In this document: positions 37,020 through 50,510 of the stretch, in pieces | How positions within the stretch are numbered: position 1 is the first letter of the stretch | Layout: each line of letters opens with the position of its first letter | Origin: Eledone cirrhosa | Taxonomy: Eukaryota | Reading direction: 5' to 3' | DNA: 64,000 bases | Assembly (NCBI GenBank): GCA_964016885.1 | Contig: OZ024740.1 | Location: forward strand, 231,260,001-231,324,000 | Made by a program: the position numbers and the translations under genes | Notes under the pieces: model-generated | Database searches by the model: none | The model's input: only the letters and a program-made list of their open reading frames with translations | What the model was told of the DNA's origin: nothing

Positions 37020-37205
37020 CACACTGTAAAGTGGTCGTGTAGGAGACACGGCAAAAGCATCCAGCACACACCGTAGAAAACCAGCCAGAAACAGTCCTAT
37101 ACAAGCGAGACACGGTCATCCAACCAAACTTGCCTCAAATGGGACAAACCCATCTAACCCATGCTAGTGTGGAAGATAGACATTAAACAATGATGATGAT
37201 AATGA
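37020..37205 (+). mobile_element. RTE 3'UTR / SINE tail fragment
   Basis: Matches 50710-50930 (ctaacccatgctag.gtggaagat.gac.ttaaac + (GAT)n). Confidence 0.8.
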
Positions 37206-37258
37206 TGGCTTATGTTTTCTAAAAGATTTACAGAACTGTGTGGTAGAAATAATAATAA

Positions 37259-37577
37259 TAATTGTTTCTACAATAGGCACAAGGCCAGCAATTATCCCAG
37301 TGTATTACTGGTACTTTATTTTATCGACCCCTGTTAGGATGAAAGGCAAAGTTAACCTCGACGGGATTTGAACTCCGAATGGCAAGGACCGTAACTCTAT
37401 GCGTCAAAGCATGGCGTCCGACCCTCTACCAATTCACCGCCCATGAAATAATTGTTTCTACTTTAGGCACAAGGCCAGCAATCACCCAGTGCATTACTGG
37501 TACTTTATTTTATCGACCCCGTAAGGATGAAAGGCAAAGTCAACCTCGGCGGGATTTGAACGGTCAACCTCGGCGGG
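37259..37577 (-). mobile_element. Two tandem SINE B copies
   Basis: attgtttcta...ggcacaaggccagcaat...ggatttgaac occurs twice; a short caacctcggcggga duplication follows. Confidence 0.9.
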
Positions 37578-38299
37578 AACACCGCCCTAGAAATAATAAT
37601 GGTATTTTGGTTCCAGAATACACTTGGGGAATTCTTGATGTCAGCAGTTTTATTTTATGCAACTTGAGACATTGCACAATTCCAAAATAACCACAACAGA
37701 AATAAAGAGAGAGAGAACATATACACACACACACACACATACCTTGTGAATAATTCCACATGAAAAAGGATTGACCTCATCACTTTCCTTCTCATTTCCA
37801 GCTCTTAACCCACTACAGATGGTTTAAAGAATTTTGTTTGAATTTCTGAGCTGAAGAATTATCATTATCATAAGTGGGTATATTTGAACTAGAATCATCA
37901 TCTTAGTTACTTTAGTCATAATATTTTCACAGTTCTATCCTATGGACCTTCTTTAGGCGCTAGTCATTTTTGGTAATGCTCTTGGAACTTTGAATTGAAC
38001 CATTTATTCAAACCCCATGAGTAGATTGTTTTCATTCTCTTGTACAAACCCAGAGTAACCTCATAGTAGTTAGTTACTTGTGATCTTGCTTTCTTGTTGT
38101 TTAAACTAGAGTATATATAACTAGACATATATCAGTTTATTCTTTTATTAGTGGAGACTGGTATTGCTTAAAACACATTGTGCATGCTTGTGCCTTGGAG
38201 AGGAATTTTCCAGGTGTAAATTCATAGTAAGACATGACCAAAGGAAGCCACACACTCAGAGCTTTGACAAACATAAAAGCCTAAACTCTGTCTGAAGCC

Positions 38300-38660
38300 T
38301 GGGGTCTCATCATGGTGCTTTTCCCGGCTTCCATGACATTAAGTGACTGAGAGTACAAGACTACCCCTGGAGAGGATGCCAGTCCATCACAGGTTTAAAA
38401 CCCCATCTATTGCTGGTATTCACTCTCAGCTGAGTGTACTGGAGTAACACGAAATGAAGTGTTTTGCTCAAGAACACAACACATAACCCAGACCAGGAAT
38501 CAAACTCACAACATTATGATCATAAGTCCAACACCTTAACCACTAGGCAACACACATCCCACATAATGTGCTGGGTGCATTTTATCATGGCACCAGCACT
38601 AACTGAATTGAACCCATGACATTATGATCGTAAGTTCAACACCCTTACTACTAGGTCATA
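38300..38660 (-). mobile_element. Old CORE-type SINE with a different tail, plus a partial second head
   Basis: cagctgagtgtactggagtaacacgaaatgaagtgttttgctcaagaacacaac...ttaaccactagg is the reverse of head + CORE. Confidence 0.7.
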
Positions 38661-39359
38661 CATCTGATTCTTAAATTCCTCTCATCATTCAATGAATTGT
38701 AAATTTCCACACAACGTTTATTCCCTTCGTATATATTGTCAGTAATCTTTACAAGGTACTGTTTAATTTTTTGAAACTAAATTTCATAGAACCAGAACAA
38801 ATGCCACAAAACCTACCCTACAAGATCAGGAATGGTTATTCCAACAGGTTTCCTTCTTCCGAATTTTGCACACAAGACTTTGATTAACCTAGAACTATGG
38901 TAGAAAACACTTGCTCAACATTTTGCACAGTAGAATCAAATCTGAAACGATATGGTTGAAAAAAAAACTTCTTAACCTCACATCCATGTCTGCACTTGGT
39001 TAATAAAATAATTTTTTTTCCTAAAAAAAAATCTATTATTTCTCATATGAATGCACTTGTAAGATGACAAAAAGAAATAGAAAAAATGGAGAAAAATGGA
39101 AAAAATAGAGAACATGGGGAAGGGCAAAATTCTGCCCCATTGGCTAGATGGTACATCTTAGTTGCACCCCACAGACAAGATGGCGAAAGCATTGCTGTGG
39201 AGAACAACCAGCCATAGCCATTCTATTAGCTATTGCCCTTCATGAAACTCTTTCCTCAAGTGTGATGCCCTTAGACAGAGGACACTGGAGTTCTTGATTG
39301 TAACAAGTGTATAAAGGAATCAGTCAGTCAATGTCTGATATTTAGTAATTTTTCACTCT

Positions 39360-40770
39360 TCTTGCTCTTGCTCAGTGTGGCTGGGGTTATCCTAAGCCAG
39401 TGACTCTGCATGCTCCAAGGTGATGTTGAGCTTCCGGAGATCTTCCCTGATGATATCCAGCCATCTGGTGCGGGGCCTGCCATGTGGCCTCTTCTAGTCT
39501 GCACCGTTGCATTGAATGAAAGTAAGGCCCTGGTAGAAAGCAGACGACATGTCCATACCAGTGCATGTGTCAGATAGCTATGAGGTGGGAAGCTGTGGAC
39601 TGTTGTGTGCACATGCACACAACACTTTGTTGGAAACGTGGTGGTGCCATCTGATGTTTTGTTGGTCTCGAGAGCTCTGATATCAATGCCGTGTCTGTGG
39701 TGATGGTTAAGCAGGGATCGATTGAGATGGGTGAGTGATGTAGAAGGCTGAAGTGCTCCTTCCAGCATTCGAAGCAATTAGTTTCAGTGGTGATGATGTT
39801 ACTATTGGTATCCTTCACCTAGGTTGTCTTGATCCGGGGACCAGCACGGGATCTGCAGAGTGTGTTGAATACCTGGCTGAGGTTGTTGTTCCTTGTTATC
39901 TCCATGTACTCAGCTTCTTCCGTCCAAAACTTCTCTCAGTCATCCGTCATGGCTTTGTTGCATATACGGTTGAGCCAGTAGTACTCATTCATGTCACCAC
40001 GACAGTTACTCATCTCCAGCGACCATGGTGAAATCCAGGGCTGTTTGGGAAGAGTTCTTGAGTTTACTAGGGTGTCACATGCAGACTGGTTAGTGCTTGA
40101 TTTAAAGATCCCCCAGTTGTCAGTCTCATCCTCAGTCTGGATACTGAAGTGATTGGCAATGGAGCATGTAAATGTAGAGGAGCTGTTGGGATCGTGGAGA
40201 CAAGCTGAATCTGGGCGGAACTGGCATTTGGTGTCAAGGTCCACCTGCAACCTCAGTCTCAGTGTTGCAACCAGCAACTGATGATCAGTATTGCCAAGTT
40301 GAGCTCTTCTGTAGACTCAGCAGTTGGTGACAAATGACCTCCAGTGATAGGATATAATGATGTGGTGGATTGCCTTTTGGCTGTAACTGTCCGGACTGTA
40401 CCAGGGCCAGTCATGGATGAGTTTGCAGGGGAACCAGGTGTCAGTGATACACAGATTGTTGTAATGTCCTCTGTGACGTCTGTAGGGGTATAAGCAACGA
40501 TGATAGTCATCTTTCCATGCCAGTGCAGAAAACAGTCGGACTGCAAATGGTCACTAACTGGGTTCCAGCTGATGAGTGACTTGTGGACGTGCTTAGGCTT
40601 GACCAGTGCCTCATCGCATAGGCTCTCCTATCCTCAGGACCATTCCAGATGAGGCAGTGGTTTCCCCACAATGAATTTCCTACTGCCAGGCCTGAGTATC
40701 TTGCAGAGTACCGTCAAATTGATGTTGTAGTGTGATGGCTGCTGCAAATGGTAATACTCTCTTGGATTTA
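39360..40770 (-). mobile_element. Degraded RTE-group LINE with the RT core deleted
   Basis: APE motifs MTIIVAYTPT and RRAQLGNTDHQLLVATLRLRL, then linker CWKEHFSLL, then C-terminal sequence follows almost directly. No YADD seen. Confidence 0.7.
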
Positions 40771-40989
40771 TGGAACACACAAGCCCCCTCCCCACGACAA
40801 TGTCAGACCCATTTTCCACTCCTTTAAAAAAATGTGAAAAATACAAACTAAAATTAAAAATAGAAAGTCTTTATAATTATACTTTACTTGAAGGGAAAAA
40901 AATTGTAGTCTGGAGCCCAATAAAGAAACAATGGTCAGTGAATGCCTGGTACTTGGTCATCTGTTATACTTTAGTTTATTCCATTGGAT

Positions 40990-41387
40990 CAGAGGTGTAA
41001 CTATGGTATGGTGAACATGGCATGTGCCAGGGCATCTCTTGAAGGTAAGGGGTGCCACATGGACTAGGAGCACTTTCTATTAAAGTCAGATAATCTATCA
41101 CTGGAGAGTGAAAAAAGAAACTTTTTCAGATGTATGATCTGTCTTTGATCATGGGTGAGAAGCATTATGGTGGCTTTGATCATGGGTGAGAAGCATTTAT
41201 ATAAGCCATTTATATAAATTATTACACCCATATAAAAAAAAATATTGCATTATTTTCAATTAAAAAAATCAACATGGAATTGGTATTTTTGAGTTGATTT
41301 TATGGTTATCTGAAAGCTGGGTGGTTGGGCAGGGGTGCAATTTCACTTCTTGTCATAGGAGCTATTTTCCATAGTTTTGGCTCTCTA
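40990..41387. mobile_element. Degenerate hAT-like MITE
   Basis: Imperfect TIRs cagaggtgtaactatgg ... ccatagttttggctctct. Confidence 0.45.
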
Positions 41388-41885
41388 TTGGACCAGTATT
41401 TCAGTGGTTAGCTATTAGGATCCAACAGTTTCTCTAGCTGCCACCATTATTCCAAATGTTTTCTATCTACATATATCTCCATTACAGCATAACAAAAATG
41501 TTAAACAAATAGAAAATATTTTCATGTAAATCTTATTAAACCATATTATCTTTTCTCCTTGATATAAAATTGTCACCTGTCAAATGAAAATCTATCTAAA
41601 AAATCTTCAAAATACTTATTTATTGATACACACACATAGATACACAGACACACAGAGAAACACATGTTAATACATAATCTAGATCAATATTAGCAGAATC
41701 AAATCAAATCAAATCAAATATTTTAATATATTCTTTGATTCTGTCTCAGAAAAAAAAATTCATATAAATGTAAAAACATTGAAAGCACTAAATTTTAATC
41801 TTAATGAGAGAGAGAGAGTGAGAGCAATAAAAATAGTTGATTGGTACATAGAGACACTGATTGGTACCTATTTACATCGAACCTT

Positions 41886-42090
41886 TTAAACCCTTTTGAT
41901 ACTAACCTTCTTGAAACTGTCCCTGATTTTATGGTACAACACTCTTCCTCTGTCTCTGGTTTTATGGTACAAAACTGTCCTCCATCCCTGGTTTATTGTA
42001 CAAAACTGTTTCTCTCTCTCCCTAGTTTTATGATACAAAACTATTCCTCTGTTCCTGGTTTTATGATACATAACTACTCCTTTTAAAGTC
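41886..42090. repeat. ~30-bp tandem repeat (cctggttttatggtacaaaact...) inside a probable TTAA-type MITE
   Basis: About five units following ttaaaccctttt. Confidence 0.7.
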
Positions 42091-42264
42091 TGCATTTTTA
42101 CATTAAAACCTTTAATCAACATTTTATGTGAAGTAATGCTCCAAATGTTAATTAAATAAAAAAGTTATTTTGGTTTAAATTTCTCCAAATTCTTGATTAT
42201 AAGTTAATTGAAATAGATTGGCGGTATCTTTCATTTGAAATAGGGTAACTAGAAGATTGAGACC

Positions 42265-42495
42265 ATTTACCTTGCTAAAGCAAGGGTTAACTATGACAGA
42301 CTTAATTATATTCAGCATGTGGTCCTTTTTGAAGCAGTGTTTTATACTCAGATGCCTTTCTAGTGTTAACCCTTTTAGCTACATTTTACAACACATGTGG
42401 ATACAGTGCACTTATTTTAAACTGGATACACACAGCAAATACTTGGAATGATGTATCACTAGGAATTTTGCAAGAATATTAAGGGTGGATGTGGG
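42265..42495 (+). repeat. Unclassified dispersed repeat (second copy ~53117-53305)
   Basis: Shared atgacagacttaattata..cagc.tgtgg.cctttttgaagca...cagatgc block. Confidence 0.7.
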
Positions 42496-42579
42496 GTGGG
42501 GATGAGGCTGAAATAATGTTGGGGTAGACAATGCCAAACAACTGGATAGAATAGACAGCTTCTTATCGGAATGCCTTGC

Positions 42580-45500
42580 TAAAGAATCTCCCTGTACCTC
42601 TTGCTGAAAAGACTGAAAAGACTGCGGAATCTGCTACCCATGAAGTGATTGCCATTGGGGTACCAGAGGACAAGCTGATCTTCAGGCATTTGCTGCCAGC
42701 TCAGCCAAAGACCTAGGCTGTGTTCCCCCAAAGGGTGCTCTCCGCCTTGGTCGACCTGGTCCAAAACCCAGACTCATCAGGCTGTCTTTTTCGGACCCCC
42801 GCAGAGGCAACCTCATATCATCTGGCCTCTGCTAAAGCTGGGCGTGAAAATCGGATTACCTTCCGAACACGCCCAGGCCTACCACCCCATGTACGTCCAA
42901 AGCTACGTGCTGCAGCTTCCTTGAATCGGAACTCAGCACAAGATGAAAGTTTTAGTCTGCGTGATGATGGGCAGATCTGGAGGTTTGTCAAGGCTGGTGA
43001 AACGTGGAAGAGAGACACCAGCTGGTCTGAGTGTGATCTACCCACAATAACTGGCAATGTAAAAACTGCTACAACTCTGGGAAACTAAACCAGAACAACC
43101 TGCCACCCTCTACACACCATCATAAACTGCGAGCAGGGTACAAATTGTTGTCCTTAAATACTCGCAGTTTATGCAACAAGATACATCTGTTCAAATCCTA
43201 CGTCAGAAGCATCGACCCTGACTTCATCACAGTCACGGAAACATGGGCACATTCCTTACTCTGTGATGGGGTTTTCAGCATTACTGGGTACAACCTTTTC
43301 CGCAAGGACCGCATTAACCGCCGTGGTGGTGGTGTGATGGTCTACGTTCGTTCAAACTTTTCGGTAATTCCTTGCGTTGATTTGAACGAATCACAGGAAG
43401 AAATTTTTTTCTGTGACATACGTATGACCATGTCAACACTTCTGCTTGGTGTTGTTTATCGCCCCCCAAACTACCATCAGGACACACAGCTTTGCGATAT
43501 CCTCAGAGTTGCTGCCAAGAAAACAGCCACTTATGTGTTTATTGCAGGTGACTTCAATCATCCTGAGATCGATTGGGAAACCTTTCGTTGGCCACAAGGT
43601 GCAAACGATTTCCTTGAACTAGTGCTGGACTCAAACTGGTCACAAGTAGTCACCTCTCCAACAAGAGGTGACAACACTTTGGACCTGATCTTCACCACTA
43701 CTCCTGAAGTGGTTATCAGTTGTACTACTGAGGAACCTCTAGGCGACTCTGATCATGCTATGATCATTGCCAATCTGGCACTTGAGGGCAGCAACAAAAA
43801 CCAGAGCCATCTCCAATCTGCTTGCTTTGATTGGAAGAGGGCGGATTGGAACTTGTACTGCACTGAGCTACAGCGCCCAAACTGGCATGAGATGTATAAC
43901 TCTGGAGATGTGAACTCTATACTCCAGAGCATCCTGGACTCAATATGGATAGCATGTGCAGCATCAGTGCCACGGAAGCGGAAAAATAACCACCCCAAAA
44001 GTGCAATCTGGGAAACTTCAGCGGTCCGACTTGCCAGGAAAGAACGTCGGAACGCTGAACGGGAATATAAACTGCATAGATCAGATGCCAACAGAAAAAA
44101 GCGGAATAAATCTTCTAACCATCTCAAGCAAGTGACAAAGAAGGCAGTGCTTGAATTTGAACAGTGCATTGCAACCAATCCTGACAGTAAGGTGTTCTGG
44201 AAATATGTTCATTCAAAGCAGAGACCTCACTCTCCAGTTGGTCCTCTTCGCAATCCCCACACAAGTGAGATCACTGTCGATCCCAAGGAATGCGCAGAAC
44301 TCATTGCTGAGTGCTATGCAAGTATTTTTACTGTTGAAAACCAGAATGTACCATCTCCACCATCTCTAACATCAAATTCCATAACAACTATGGAATTTAC
44401 ACCTGCAATGTTGCGACGTCACCTTAAGAATAAGCGCAACTATGCCTCCCCTGGTCTTGATGGTGTGACATACCTGCTTCTCAAACGTGGCGGGTATTTC
44501 CTTTTGCGCCAGCTTTCTTTCTTCTTTCAATACTGTCTCAACAATGGTGCTACTCCGGAGCAGTGGAAAACTGCCAGTGTCATTCCCCTGTTCAAAAAGG
44601 GCAACCGCATGTCACCTGTCAACTATCGTCCAATCAGTCTTACTAGCTGTATGGCCAAACTGATGGAATCCTGTGTCAGAGAAACACTTTGGAACTTCTG
44701 GAGCTCTCACAGCCTCATCCGGCCCTCACAGTTTGGATTTATCCCTAACTCCAGCTGCTGTGATCAGCTTATCGAGTTCCTTGAGGACATCACCCGGATC
44801 ACTGACAGCGGCTCATGGGTGGATGTTGTTTACCTTGACTTTGCTAAGGCTTTTAATTCTCTGCAATGGGTGTGAGGGATGATCTTTTCGACTGGTTGAA
44901 ATCCTTCATTCTCAGCCGAAAAGAAGTAGTCACGGTTTTAGGACAGCATTCTTCACCATATGAGATGTCATCTGGTGTACCACAAGGATCTGTTCTTGGT
45001 CCTCTTTTGTTTGTGGCATATATTAATGACATAGATGCCAACTTACAGAATGCCACGGTACTAAAATATGCAGATGACATCAAGCTGTACTTTGAAATCA
45101 AAAGGACTGATCCTGAAATTTACAACTCTTTCCTACAATCAGACCTGGACACAATGCAGCAATGGATCACAGACTGGCAACTGAAGCTGGCTGTGGACAA
45201 GTGTACCACCATGCATTTCGGAAGGAAAAATCCAGCGTCCACATACTCCCTCCACAACACTGATATCAAAAAGTCCTCTTGTGAACGTGACCTGGGCATT
45301 ACTGTCAGCAACGATTTGCGTTGGACAAAGCATGTCTCTAAGATTGTCAAGAAGGCCGAGGGTGTCTTGGCATCACTCAGCAAGACCTTTGTTAGCCGCT
45401 CTCCAGCCATCTATTTAAAACTGTATACAGCTATGGTACGACCACACTTGGAATTCGCATCATCAGTCTGGAACCCCTATCTTGCTCAGAACATTGACCT

Positions 45501-46168
45501 CCTGGAAACTGTTCAGAGACGTGCAACCAAGCGCATACCCTCCATCAGACACCTACCATACTCTGAACGCCTTGCTTCCTTGGGCATGGATTCATTGAAG
45601 CTCCGACATCTGGCAATGGACTTGGTGAATACCCACAAAGTTTTTAACCATCTCGCCAATTGCAACCCTGAGCGCCTCTTTGATCTCCATGTGTCTAACA
45701 CACGTGGACATGCCTACAAGATCAGAAAACAGCACAGATCCCATGACTTTCATAGACATTTTTTCACTATCAGAGTTGCTGAAGCATGGAACAAACTGCC
45801 TGCGTCAATTGTTAGCTGCTGAGACACTGCATCCTTTAAGACACTCATGCTTCCCGAAATACGCCAAAACTACACCTGATGTACCCCTTCCATACACATG
45901 CACACGTGTGTATCATGACTCGTGCACTGTTCATTTTACTGATGTTTGTGCATTGCCCTATGTACTGTACATGCACTTTTTTGATGAGTTGTGGTGCACC
46001 TGGGCGCTGTGCACGATACTTCATTATTGTTGTTATTATTATATCATGACTCATACACTGTTCATTTTCCTGACATTTGTACATTATTCTATGTACTATA
46101 CATGCACCTTTGAATAGTTGTAGTGCACCTGAGCACTGTACACAATAATTTCATTATTATTATTATTA
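42580..46168 (+). mobile_element. CR1-type LINE: partial ORF1, complete-length ORF2 broken by one deletion/frameshift, 3'UTR and (ATT)n tail
   Basis: ORFs 42720..43088, 43145..44875 and 44866..45822; terminal gtgcacctgagcactgtacac + (att)n. The 5' boundary is approximate. Confidence 0.95.
43145..45822 (+). pseudogene. LINE ORF2 (APE endonuclease + reverse transcriptase), frameshifted at ~44860
   Basis: TETW, GDFN, PTRGDNTLDL, SDH; NYRPISLTS, QFGF, YLDFAKAF | GVPQGSVLGPLLF, YADD. The VxHxKLLxKL segment expected after FAKAFNS is missing. Confidence 0.95.
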
Positions 46169-46464
46169 CATGTGAACACCACAGAGATGTCACTTCCTGG
46201 AAATATCAGGTTTGTAGGAAGCAAAGTGAGGTGTAGTAGTGATACTCATTTGTATGTAATGTAGTGCATTAGCGCTCTGTTGGCTCCAATGATGACTGTT
46301 ACAGCTGTTGGAACAATGGAACAGCCTCATGGGAAATTCACAGGTAGTTGAGCACTCCATACATGTGTACACTTAACATAGTTCTAAGGGAAAGTCATCA
46401 TGACACAGTGTGTGACAAAGTTGACTGTTTGAATAACAGCTACAACTCATACTTTTTAGATGTA

Positions 46465-46900
46465 TGAAATATGTACCTTGCTCAAGGACACAATGTACCA
46501 CTGGGTATCAAACTTCTGACTTTCATTGAATTCCAAACACCCTAACCACTATACCATGTGGGCTGGATCAACAGGAAATAAAGTACCTTGCTCAAGGACA
46601 CAATGTACTACTGGGTATCAAACTGAGGACTTTATGATTTTGTTCCAAACACCCTAACCACTAAACCATATGAACTGAAGCAACATAAAATAAAGTACCT
46701 TGCTCAAGGACACAGTGTACCACTTGGTATCACGTTTAGGACTTTGATTGTGTTCCAAACATCCTAACTACTAAACCATATGAACTGGAGCAACATGAAA
46801 TAAAGTACCTTGCTCAAGGACACAATGTACCACTGGGTATCAAACTCGGGACTTTATGATTGTGTTCCAAACACCCTAACCACTAAACCATGTGCTTTCA
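46465..46900 (-). repeat. Four tandem ~105-110 bp SINE-head units
   Basis: gtaccttgctcaaggacac...ttccaaacaXcctaacXactaXaccat repeated four times; reverse of tRNA head + CORE start. Confidence 0.9.
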
Positions 46901-46976
46901 TTGCTGTAATGTAATGTGTTTAATGTAATTTAAGAAATAGGTTAAAATTTGTTTCTTGAGATTTCGATTCAATAAT

Positions 46977-47136
46977 TAATTGTTTCTACTTTTGGCACAA
47001 GGCCAGCAATTATCCCAGTACATTACTGGTACTTTATTTTATCGACCCCGTAAGGATGAAAGGCAAAGTTAACCTCGGCGGGATTTGAACTCAGACCGTA
47101 AAGGGGCGTAACTATGCTACAAAGCATGGTGTCCGA
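46977..47136 (-). mobile_element. SINE B copy with flanking direct repeat gatttcgattcaataattaat (TSD)
   Basis: The 21-nt motif occurs at ~46960-46980 and ~47136-47156. Confidence 0.9.
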
Positions 47137-47285
47137 TTTCGATTCAATAATTAATGATTGGTGGAAAATGTTCAGAAATTAGCCAAAGTTAATAAAACAG
47201 ATGAAGTCATATATAATGAAGCTGCTAGTCAATTTATATTTAGATCTCATCTTAGTGCTATGTTTCTCTTTAAACTAAATTAATT

Positions 47286-47544
<259 letters not shown>

Positions 47545-47838
47545 TAATTAATCATTTTACATCTGCTTTATATAGTAGAAAAAATAGATGCTAAATAATG
47601 ATGCTGATGATGATAGCATCATCATCATCACTATTATTATTTTACTGGTGCTATAGAAATATATATACATATATATATATGTGGGGTGTGTGTGTATGTG
47701 TGTGTGTATGTGTATGTGTGTATATATATATGTGTGTGTGTGTGTATATGTGTGTGGGTGTGTATATGTATATATGTGTGTGTATATGTATATATATATC
47801 TGTGTGTGTATATGTGTGTGTATATATATATATGTGTG

Positions 47839-47873
<35 letters not shown>

Positions 47874-47918
47874 GTATATATATATGTGTGTGTGTATATG
47901 TGTGTGTATATATATATA

Positions 47919-47974
<56 letters not shown>

Positions 47975-47997
47975 TATATATGTGTGTGTATATATAT

Positions 47998-50400
47998 ATC
48001 ATCATCATCATCATCATTTTACGTCCGCTTTTCCCTGCTTGCAAGGGTGGGACGGGTCTTATTCGGCACAGCATCTCTCCACTCGTCACGGTCCTTCGTC
48101 ATCTCCAGCGTGAGCTTCAATGATCTGAGGTCTGTTCTCACCACCTCCGCCCATGTTTTTTGTGGTCTACCTCTACCACGTCTTCCTTCAACTGGCATTT
48201 CCTGGCACTTCTTCACCCATCAGTCATCCTCCATGCGCATCGCATGTCCATACCACCTCAGTCTCCTCTCCCGTACACTACATTCTATCCCTCTCAGACA
48301 CAGTTTCTCTCTCAACACATTTATGCTGGGTCGTTCATGCACATTTACACTGCACATCCAACGGAGCATGCTTGCCTCATTTCTCTCCAGCCGTCGCATA
48401 TCCTCTGCAGTTGCTGCCCATGTCTCACTACCATGCAGCATTGCGCTCCTCACACAGGCATCATACAACCGGCCTTTCGTACGCAGGGAGAAACCCTTCT
48501 TCATCAACAGAGGAAGCAGCTCCCTAAACTTCTTCCAACCCGTCCTTATTCTAGATACTATGGCCTCGGAACAGCCTCCTCCTATGCTAATCTGATCTTC
48601 TAGGTACCGGAAGCTATCCACCACTTCTATAGCGCCCTCCTGCATTTGAAAAATGTGTCTATCAATGCGACTTCTACTGTCTAATTTCCCTGTATATCTA
48701 CTGCATACATATTTCTCCCTACCTGTTAGTTTGCCTGCTATCCTGCTACATCTCTTGTGTACCCAGGATCTGCATTGTGTGCATTTTATAGAATTTATGC
48801 CAGTTCCTTTTCTGCATATCGAACATGGCCATTTCCCTGACGGAATCAGGGTTTTGTCCTCTTTTCTACTCATCAACACTTTTGTCTTAGCTAGGTTCAC
48901 TCTCAGTCCTCTTGCTTCCAACTACTGTTTCCATAGCCAGAATTTATTCTCTAGCTCCTCTACTGATTCTGCTATAAGAACCAGATCGTCAGCATAGAGA
49001 AGTTCCCATGGACAGCCAGTCTTAAACTCCTCTGTTATGGCTTGGAGGACTATAATGAACAAGAGCGGGCTGAGGACCGAACCCTGATGTACTCCTACTT
49101 GTATCTGGAATTCCTCACTAAACTCCATTCCTACCCTGACTTTACTGAGAGTACCTCTGTACAATGTTTGCACTGTCCTCACAAGTCATTCCTCAACACC
49201 TAGCTTCCTTAGGGACCACCAGATGACAGATCGGGGTACCCTATCAAAGGCCTTCTCTAGGTCAACAAAGGCTAAGTATAGTTGCTTATTTTTCTCTAAG
49301 AACCTCTCTTGCAATTGTCTCACCAAGAAGAGGGCATCTGTTGTACTCTTCCCAGGCACAAAACCAAACTGCATCTCATCTAGTTTGACCCTTTCTCTAA
49401 TTAGTTGTGCTAATATCCTTTCTGCCACTTTCATAACCTGATCTATCAGTTTTATACCCCTATAATTGCTCCTCTCCAGATCATCCCCTTTACCTTTGTA
49501 GCAATTTATGAGAATACTGCTGCACCAGTCTTTGGGTATGACACCACCATATATAGCCTGATTGATGATGTGTGCAACCAGTTTAGTGCCTACGTCCCCT
49601 GATGCCTTCAGCATCTCAGCAACTATTCCCGATAGTCCAGCAGCCTTACCATTTTTCATTTCCCTAATCGCCTCTTGGACCCTATATTCGTCAATCTCAA
49701 TAGCTGGTCCCTCTGTCGGATCTACTAAGGGTAATTTCTCTCTCTCTCCCATTCATTCTCCACATTCATCAGTCTCTCATAATGACATTTCCAGGCCTCC
49801 TTTTTCTGGTCATTTGTGACACTAAGTACACCGGCATCATCCCGGACACATTTATCTCCAACAACATCCTGATTTGCATTGACACACTGCCTTGCAATGT
49901 GGAACACCGCACGCCTCTGATCTTCCCGTCGCAGAACATTGGCAAACCTCCTACTCTCAGCCTCCCTGCGTGCTAAGTACACCTGACGTCTAGCTTCTCT
50001 CTTAGTGGCTGTATATTCTTCCCTACTCCCACCCTTTTTCCAAGCCTTCCATGCTAGTCTTTTGTCTCTAATGGCCTTATCTACTGTGCTGTTCCACCAC
50101 CAGGTCACTCTCTGTCTGGTTGGAGCTCTGCTCCAGCCACAAGTTTCATCAGTAGCCTGCAGCAAGTTGTCACGTAAGAAATTCCAGTTATTATCTATGT
50201 CATACGTCTCTAAATCGTCTTCTTTTTCGTCATATACATCTTGAAGGGCTTTCCTAAATTTGTATTTTAGTGAAAGGTCTTTTAGCTTCTCCACACCTTC
50301 CTATATGTCTCATTCCATCTCTTGCTTACTGAGATATCACTAACAACTAACCTATGCTGTGGGGTACATTCTTCCCCAGGGTATGCCTTGGTATTAGACA
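47998..50400 (-). mobile_element. RTE LINE 1 (5'-truncated, few lesions) with PHD-like finger in the RT C-terminal region
   Basis: Collinear ORFs 49725..50294, 49186..49752, 48922..49182, 48220..48921 and 48019..48216: NYRGIKL, QFGFVPG, FVDLEKAFDRV, GVHQGSVLSP, YADD, GRPQKTW; (ATG)n tail. Confidence 0.95.
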
Positions 50401-50427
50401 CTATCTGCCTATGTATGTGTATATATA

Positions 50428-50502
<75 letters not shown>

Positions 50503-50510
50503 ATATATAT

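Noticed and set aside
48217-49185. In-frame stops in RTE LINE 1 as recoding or read-through sites
   Set aside because: Mixed TGA/TAG at ordinary positions together with a frameshift; best explained as decay.
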